A stretch of 64,000 nt of DNA from an uncultured Candidatus Binatia bacterium. GTDB lineage: Bacteria > Desulfobacterota > Binatia > UBA9968 > JAJDTQ01. The notes below the pieces were generated by a model. It was not told the DNA's origin. It worked only from the letters and a program-made list of their open reading frames with translations, and searched no databases. The position numbers and the translations under genes were made by a program. Below are positions 58,945 through 64,000 of this stretch, one piece after another (positions within the stretch are counted from its first letter, which is position 1; every line of letters starts with the position of its first letter). The stretch spans positions 3,522,967-3,586,966 of the forward strand of contig OZ244617.1 of NCBI GenBank assembly GCA_965218305.1, read 5' to 3'.

Positions 58945-60423
58945 ATGGAGAATCGAGCAGCACGGATACATGATGGGCTGAAGCACCCGGTGATCGACGG
59001 CGACGGCCATTGGATCGAGCCGGTTCCGGTCTTTCTTGAATACCTGAGCGAGGCGGGCGGACCTGGAGCGGTCGATCAGATTCGCGCAATGTGGCGCCGG
59101 AATCAGGGGTGGTACCGGGCCACCGCGGAGGAGCGCCAGCACGATCGCATGCGCCGCACGATCTGGTGGGGCGTCACCGCGGATACGCTCGACAAGGCCA
59201 CGGGGCTGTTGCCGGCGCTGCTGAACGAGCGGCTGCCCGAGTTGGGCATCGACTTCGCGATGATCTATCCAAGCTTCGGGCTGAGCGTCAACGGCATTCA
59301 GGACGATGACCTGCACCGGGCCGGAGTCCGGGCCTACAACATGATGACGGCCGAAATGTTCGGGCCCTATAGCGAGAGGTTCGCACCCGTGGCCATCATC
59401 CCCGCGCACAACCCCGACGAGGCCCTGGAGGAGCTGGAGTACGCGGTGGTGCAGCGCGGTTTCAGGGCGGTCATGTTGCGGGGCAACCAGGAGCGGAAGA
59501 TCCCGGGTGCGGCGGAGGGCATCGATCCGCGCAAGGCCGCCTGGTACTGCGACAACATCGCCCTCGACAGCCCGTATGACTACGAGCCCGTCTGGAAGAG
59601 GTGTGTCGAGCTGGGCGTGGCCGTGACCCAGCACTCGGGCAGCGGCCGCTGGCATGATCGCGCCTCCATCAGCAACTTCACCTACAACCATGTCGGCCAC
59701 TTCGCCGAGTCGAACCACGCCTTCGCTCGCGGCGTGTTCCTGGGCGGTCTCGTGGCGCGCTACCCGAGCCTCAACTTCGGGTTCATGGAAGGCGGCATAA
59801 GCTGGGCCTGCCAGATGTGCTTCGACCTGATCGAGCACTGGGAAAAGCGCCGCCGCGCCGGGCTGCAGTACCCGGGCACGACCGATGTCGAGGAGTTGAA
59901 GGGGTTCATCCACCGGTACGGCGACGAACGGCTCAAGGCCAACGCCGACGCCATCATGGACAACCTGGACGCGTTCCGGCCGAACTGCAGCCTCGACGAG
60001 CTTGCGAACCCCGAGCACGTGGTGGACGACTTCGAGGCCGCGGGCATCGACTCCGTGGACGACGTCCGGGCGGTTTTCTCCGGCAACTTCTTCTTCGGCT
60101 GCGAAGCGGACGACCGCGCCACCATGTGGGCGTTCGATTCCCGGATGGGCGTCCGGTTACAGCCGATCTTCAGTTCCGACTTCACGCATTTCGACGTGCC
60201 CGACTTCAAGGACGTCATTCCCGAAGCGCATGAGATGGTGGAGAAGGGCTTCGTCACCGACCAGGATTTCAAGGAGTTCACCTTCACCAACGCCGCCCGC
60301 CTGCACACCCGCAACAACCCGGAGTTCTTCAAGGGCACGGTTGTCGAGAAGGCGGTGGCGGATGAGCTTGGGCTGGAAGCGCCGGCGCGCTCGCCGCGTG
60401 GGCCGTATACTCGCTCCGGTTGA
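58945..60423 (+). CDS. amidohydrolase-family protein (long form)
   Basis: IDGDGH, IYPS, TQHSG, FMEGG, FGCEADD, FSSDFTH. Confidence 0.93.
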   Translation: MENRAARIHDGLKHPVIDGDGHWIEPVPVFLEYLSEAGGPGAVDQIRAMWRRNQGWYRATAEERQHDRMRRTIWWGVTADTLDKATGLLPALLNERLPELGIDFAMIYPSFGLSVNGIQDDDLHRAGVRAYNMMTAEMFGPYSERFAPVAIIPAHNPDEALEELEYAVVQRGFRAVMLRGNQERKIPGAAEGIDPRKAAWYCDNIALDSPYDYEPVWKRCVELGVAVTQHSGSGRWHDRASISNFTYNHVGHFAESNHAFARGVFLGGLVARYPSLNFGFMEGGISWACQMCFDLIEHWEKRRRAGLQYPGTTDVEELKGFIHRYGDERLKANADAIMDNLDAFRPNCSLDELANPEHVVDDFEAAGIDSVDDVRAVFSGNFFFGCEADDRATMWAFDSRMGVRLQPIFSSDFTHFDVPDFKDVIPEAHEMVEKGFVTDQDFKEFTFTNAARLHTRNNPEFFKGTVVEKAVADELGLEAPARSPRGPYTRSG

Positions 60424-60506
60424 AGCGGCAGCGCAGGGATCGTGATCGGGGGACGGTGAAGTGATGAAGGAAACCGTCTGTTGCTGGTGGTTCTGCCGCG
60501 CCGGCC

Positions 60507-60962
60507 TCACATGGAGAGCTTCGTTTCCGGAATCTCCCTTTGTGCGGTGACCTTGTTTACCAACGAGAGCTCGTTGACACGCACGACGCTGCCGCCCCCG
60601 ACGTGCCGCTTACGGGCTTCAAACCTCACGTAGAGGACTGAACCCGCTTCAACACTTACGTCGACTTTGGTCGTATCGGTTGTAATGGGGACACTACCCA
60701 TTGCCGCTGCGATCGTGTGCACGCCCGGCGGCAGTTCGTGAACCTGGTAGCCACCGTTCTTGAGATCCGGTTTCTGCCTGCCGTCCACCTGAACGCGCGT
60801 TGTGAGAATACCGCCGACCATGGACCACGGCCGATAGAGGTAGACGACGCCACGACCCGCCTTGGGGCTCTTCCACCCCTCGAAGTCGGGTCCCTTGGCG
60901 GTGGCGCAGCCGCTCAGTAGCAATACGATCGCGATGACAATCGATCTCTTGGTCGCGTTCAA
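60507..60962 (-). CDS. DUF2846-like lipoprotein
   Basis: Lipobox LSGC; GVVYLYRP...LKNGGY...PGVHTI; TTG start with GAGGAG RBS. Confidence 0.8.
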   Translation of the reverse strand: MNATKRSIVIAIVLLLSGCATAKGPDFEGWKSPKAGRGVVYLYRPWSMVGGILTTRVQVDGRQKPDLKNGGYQVHELPPGVHTIAAAMGSVPITTDTTKVDVSVEAGSVLYVRFEARKRHVGGGSVVRVNELSLVNKVTAQREIPETKLSM

Positions 60963-61052
60963 GCCTTGCTCCTCGCCGTGGGCCTGCACGGTGCAAGCCG
61001 ATAGCGATCTGTCCGTCCCGTCAGTTCCTTCCGTTGCGGGCCGCCGGCGTGT

Positions 61053-62066
61053 CTACGCCTCCAGCCCCAGCCCGTAGAACCGGTTGCAATTGTCGAAGAA
61101 GACCTTCCGCTTCTGGTCCTCGGAGATGTCGGTCCGTTTCCGGACTTCCTTGGTGGCGTTGGGCCAGATGGTGTCCCAGTGCGGGTAGTCGGCGGCGAAC
61201 AGCCACATGTCGTCGCCGTAGCGGTCCATGCAGTAGGGCAGCATGGGGTCATCGGGGTCGAAGCTCACGTACACCCGGCCGCTGGCGACGTAGTCGCTGG
61301 GCTTTGCCTTGAGCAGCGGCGCTTCCTCGCTGCGCCTCTCGTAGTGCTCGTCGATCCGGTCGAGCCAGTAGGGAAGCCAGCCGCACCCGGCCTCGAAGAA
61401 CCCCACCTTCAGGTTTTGGAAACGCTCCATCAGCCCCGAGGTGACGACGCCGAGAAACGCCTGCATGATCTCGAAGGAAAAACTCACGGTGTGGGCCTGG
61501 AGAAAGGTTTCCCAGCGCTCCTGCCCCTCGGCGCCCCAGGAGTTGCCGTGGAAGCAGACCGGGATGCCCAGGCGCTCGGCCTCGGCGTAGATCGGCCAGA
61601 ACTCCTCGGCGCCGAGATTCTTCTTGTGGCCGTGGGTGTGGATCATCACGCCCGGGTGGTGCCACTTGGTGACCGCGCGGTTGAGCTCCTCCACCGCCGC
61701 GGGCACGTCCTTCAAGGACACGGTGGCGATTCCCTTCATGCGCGGGTTCTGCTGCTGTATCTCACCGATGTAGTCGTTCCAGGCCCGCGCCAGCGCTTTC
61801 TGGAGATTGGTCTGGGGCACGAGGCAGAGGCTCAGGGCCATGGTCGGATAGGTGACGCTGAGGTTGATCCCCTCGACGTCCATGTCCTCGACGTAGCCGT
61901 CGGTGCCGATGGTCTGCTTGCCCATGCGTCCGAGAAAGCGGTCCCAGGTGTCGCTGGGAAAGAGCCCCTGGCGGATACGGCGGAACTCCTCCGGTACGCG
62001 CGAGCGGTAATCATCGATGGTTTCGCGGATGTGCGAGTCGGCATCAAGGATGGGATAGGCTGCCAT
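61053..62066 (-). CDS. amidohydrolase_2-family protein
   Basis: LDADSH, TYPT, VCFH, FFEAGCGW, FAADYPH. Confidence 0.95.
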   Translation of the reverse strand: MAAYPILDADSHIRETIDDYRSRVPEEFRRIRQGLFPSDTWDRFLGRMGKQTIGTDGYVEDMDVEGINLSVTYPTMALSLCLVPQTNLQKALARAWNDYIGEIQQQNPRMKGIATVSLKDVPAAVEELNRAVTKWHHPGVMIHTHGHKKNLGAEEFWPIYAEAERLGIPVCFHGNSWGAEGQERWETFLQAHTVSFSFEIMQAFLGVVTSGLMERFQNLKVGFFEAGCGWLPYWLDRIDEHYERRSEEAPLLKAKPSDYVASGRVYVSFDPDDPMLPYCMDRYGDDMWLFAADYPHWDTIWPNATKEVRKRTDISEDQKRKVFFDNCNRFYGLGLEA

Positions 62067-62150
62067 ATGAGTATACCTCCACGGAATAGGCGTTCGTAGC
62101 CATGTGAATACGGCAAGATGTCGTCGCGTGTCAATCAGAGGGAAGTCTCT

Positions 62151-62249
62151 CCGGCTCCACGTAGGTCGGATTAGCGAAGCGTAATCCGACACACGGCGGG
62201 GCGCGGTGTCGGGTTACGCCTTCGGCTAACCCGACCTACGCGGAGCCGG
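62151..62249. repeat. REP family B inverted doublet / REPIN
   Basis: CGTAGGTCGGATTAGCGAAGCGTAATCCGACA (from 62160) paired with the variant TGTCGGGTTACGCCTTCGGCTAACCCGACCTACG; stem extended by CCGGCTCC/GGAGCCGG. Confidence 0.9.
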
Positions 62250-62256
62250 GCATCCG

Positions 62257-62604
62257 TCACCGGGCCTCGCCGTGGGCCCGGTCGGTCTTGGCGGCCATGA
62301 TGAAGTCGTTGCGGTGGAGGTTGCGGATCTTGTGGGTCCACCAGGTGACGCGGACACGGCCCCATTCGGTGACGATCCTCGGGTGGTGACCCTCCGCCTC
62401 GGCCATGTCTCCGACGGCGGCGGTGAAGGCCAGCGCCTGAGCGAAGTTTTTGAACTTGAAGAGCCGGTCCAGCCTGGGGATGCCGTCCTCGTCGATCATG
62501 GCCCACTCCGGCATCTGCGGCTTGAGCTCGCGCACTTCCTCGTCGGTGACCACCGGGGCATCCGCCCGGCACGCCACGCATTTCTCTTCGGTCAACTCGC
62601 TCAT
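62257..62604 (-). CDS. phhB: pterin-4-alpha-carbinolamine dehydratase
   Basis: [33 protein letters not shown]. Confidence 0.95.
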   Translation of the reverse strand: MSELTEEKCVACRADAPVVTDEEVRELKPQMPEWAMIDEDGIPRLDRLFKFKNFAQALAFTAAVGDMAEAEGHHPRIVTEWGRVRVTWWTHKIRNLHRNDFIMAAKTDRAHGEAR

Positions 62605-62664
62605 GGAATCCCTCCGGGATTGGTGTTGGAGACAAAGTCTTGCCCCAGCCCCCTCCTGGACTCC

Positions 62665-62725
62665 GGACCCCGGATCAAGTCCGGGGTGACGGGGAAGGGA
62701 CCCCTGGATCAAGTCCGTGATGACG
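62665..62725. repeat. two tandem REP family A copies
   Basis: GGACCCCGGATCAAGTCCGGGGTGACG and the degenerate GGACCCCTGGATCAAGTCCGTGATGACG. Confidence 0.85.
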
Positions 62726-62810
62726 GAAAGGCGAGGCATCAGCCTGATTAGCTTATCGGGAATAATGACGGTAGGAAATGGGATCGGATTGCTCCGGGAC
62801 GGGAGGTGTC

Positions 62811-63791
62811 ATGTCGGAGGATCGTTTTCGCGTGGTGGTGCTGGACGACTACGAGGGGTTCTGTGCGGGTGTGCCGGCTTACGACGAGGCCGCCGGGATG
62901 GCGGACATCAAGGTGGTGGAGCGCAAGCTCACCACCGATGAGGAGTGGTCGGCGGCCGTGGGCGAGGCCCATGCGGTGGTGCTCATGCGCGAGCGCTCAC
63001 CGTTCAGGGAGCGGGAGCTCGCGCTGGCGCCGTCGCTGCGCTTCATCTCGCAGATCGGCCGCGGCGTACCGCACCTGGATCTGACGGAGGCCACGCGCCG
63101 CGGCATCGTCGTGTCGTGCACTCCCAACGACTCCGGCGCCTCCACGGTGGAGCTGACTTTCGCGTTGCTGCTGGCCCTGGCAAGACAGATCCCTTCGGTG
63201 GCCCAAGGCATGCGGGAGGGCGCCTGGCCGCCGGCGGTGGGCATGCTGCTGGAGGGGAGGACCCTAGGCGTTATCGGCCTTGGCCGCATCGGCAGCAAGG
63301 TGGCCCGCATCGGACGGGCTTTCGACATGGACATCCTGGCCACGGGCAAGACCCTCACAGACGAGCGGGCCGATGAGGCAGGCGCGCGGCGGGTTTCCCT
63401 CGGCACGCTGCTCGAAGAGTCGGACATCGTCTCGGTGAACTGCCGGCTGAACGTCGAGACCACCGGGCTCATCGGCGGTCCCGAGCTCCGACGCATGAAA
63501 CCCGGCGCGTTGCTCATCAACACCGCGCGCGGCCCGATCATCTCCGAGGAAGCGCTGGTCGAGTCGCTCAGGCAGGGGCATCCGGGCGGGGTCGGTCTCG
63601 ACGTCTACGATGAGGAGCCGCTGCCGCCGGACCATCCGCTACGCGGCCTCGACAACGTCGTGCTGGCCTCCCATCGGGGCTACGCCGTGGACCGGATCCT
63701 CCACCAGCGCTACCAGAGCGCCTTCACCAACATCATCCGATTCATCGAGGGCGCACCCGTGAACGTGATCAATCCGGACGCCGCAACGTGA
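62811..63791 (+). CDS. D-isomer-specific 2-hydroxyacid dehydrogenase
   Basis: MRER, GVIGLGRIG, LINTARG, LDVYDEEP; the catalytic His region reads ASHRG. Confidence 0.93.
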   Translation: MSEDRFRVVVLDDYEGFCAGVPAYDEAAGMADIKVVERKLTTDEEWSAAVGEAHAVVLMRERSPFRERELALAPSLRFISQIGRGVPHLDLTEATRRGIVVSCTPNDSGASTVELTFALLLALARQIPSVAQGMREGAWPPAVGMLLEGRTLGVIGLGRIGSKVARIGRAFDMDILATGKTLTDERADEAGARRVSLGTLLEESDIVSVNCRLNVETTGLIGGPELRRMKPGALLINTARGPIISEEALVESLRQGHPGGVGLDVYDEEPLPPDHPLRGLDNVVLASHRGYAVDRILHQRYQSAFTNIIRFIEGAPVNVINPDAAT

Positions 63792-63815
63792 TCCCGGGTC
63801 AAGCCCGGGATCACG
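63787..63815. repeat. REP family A perfect hairpin overlapping the dehydrogenase stop
   Basis: CGTGATCCCGGG-TCAAG-CCCGGGATCACG (12-bp stem). Confidence 0.85.
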
Positions 63816-63840
63816 GAGAGCGAGGCTACACCGCCGCCTC

Positions 63841-64000
63841 CTACGACTCCGCCAGCGCCTTGCGGAAGCGGTCCCGGTACTCGGGGCTGTACAGGCGGGG
63901 AAAATTCTCCGGGTAGTCTTCCCCCGGCTCCACCTTGAGGTCCACCATGATGGGGCCGTCCTCCTTGAGGAGGGTATCGAGGTTCCGGTCCCAGTCCTCC
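63841..64000 (-). CDS. 3' end of a gene, possibly a thiamine-diphosphate enzyme C-terminal domain (partial)
   Basis: EDWDRNLDTLLKEDGPIMVDLKVEPGEDY...RFRKALAES*. Confidence 0.45.
   Translation of the reverse strand, partial: EDWDRNLDTLLKEDGPIMVDLKVEPGEDYPENFPRLYSPEYRDRFRKALAES

Noticed and set aside
1-64000. tRNA, tmRNA or rRNA genes at island borders
   Set aside because: No cloverleaf or T-loop (GGTTCGAATCC-like) or rRNA signatures were recognised by eye; tRNAscan-SE/Infernal would be needed to exclude them fully.

Overview
GC-rich bacterial DNA made of catabolic core blocks interrupted by accessory islands. Core blocks (about 19.2-26.7, 28.5-41.6 and 53.9-64 kb) encode six amidohydrolase_2-type enzymes, an SDR, a cupin, enoyl-CoA hydratase, YghU, ChrA, a glycine/sarcosine/betaine-reductase component-B pair with an in-frame UGA selenocysteine and SECIS hairpin, a tripartite tricarboxylate transporter with two TctC paralogues, a thiolase-like/DUF35 pair, RNase D and PhhB. 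They carry two REP families. Island 1 (about 2.2-19.2 kb) is a decaying defence island: REase-NACHT, several PD-(D/E)XK nucleases, ApeA-like HEPN, IS110 and IS481 remnants, and a WHGYP toxin-like gene coupled to an IrrE/ImmA peptidase. A small AbiE module (26.7-28.4 kb) has a toxin that appears to lack its catalytic half. Island 2 (about 41.7-51.7 kb) holds an IS3 transposase split by an ORF-less group II intron, an intact Ser/Thr kinase-SF1 helicase-unknown operon (my best candidate for an undescribed system), an intron-free IS3 allele, and an HNH-DGQHK fusion. No rRNA, tRNA or CRISPR array was recognised. All family assignments come from motifs read by eye; no database search was run, so coordinates of remnants are approximate.
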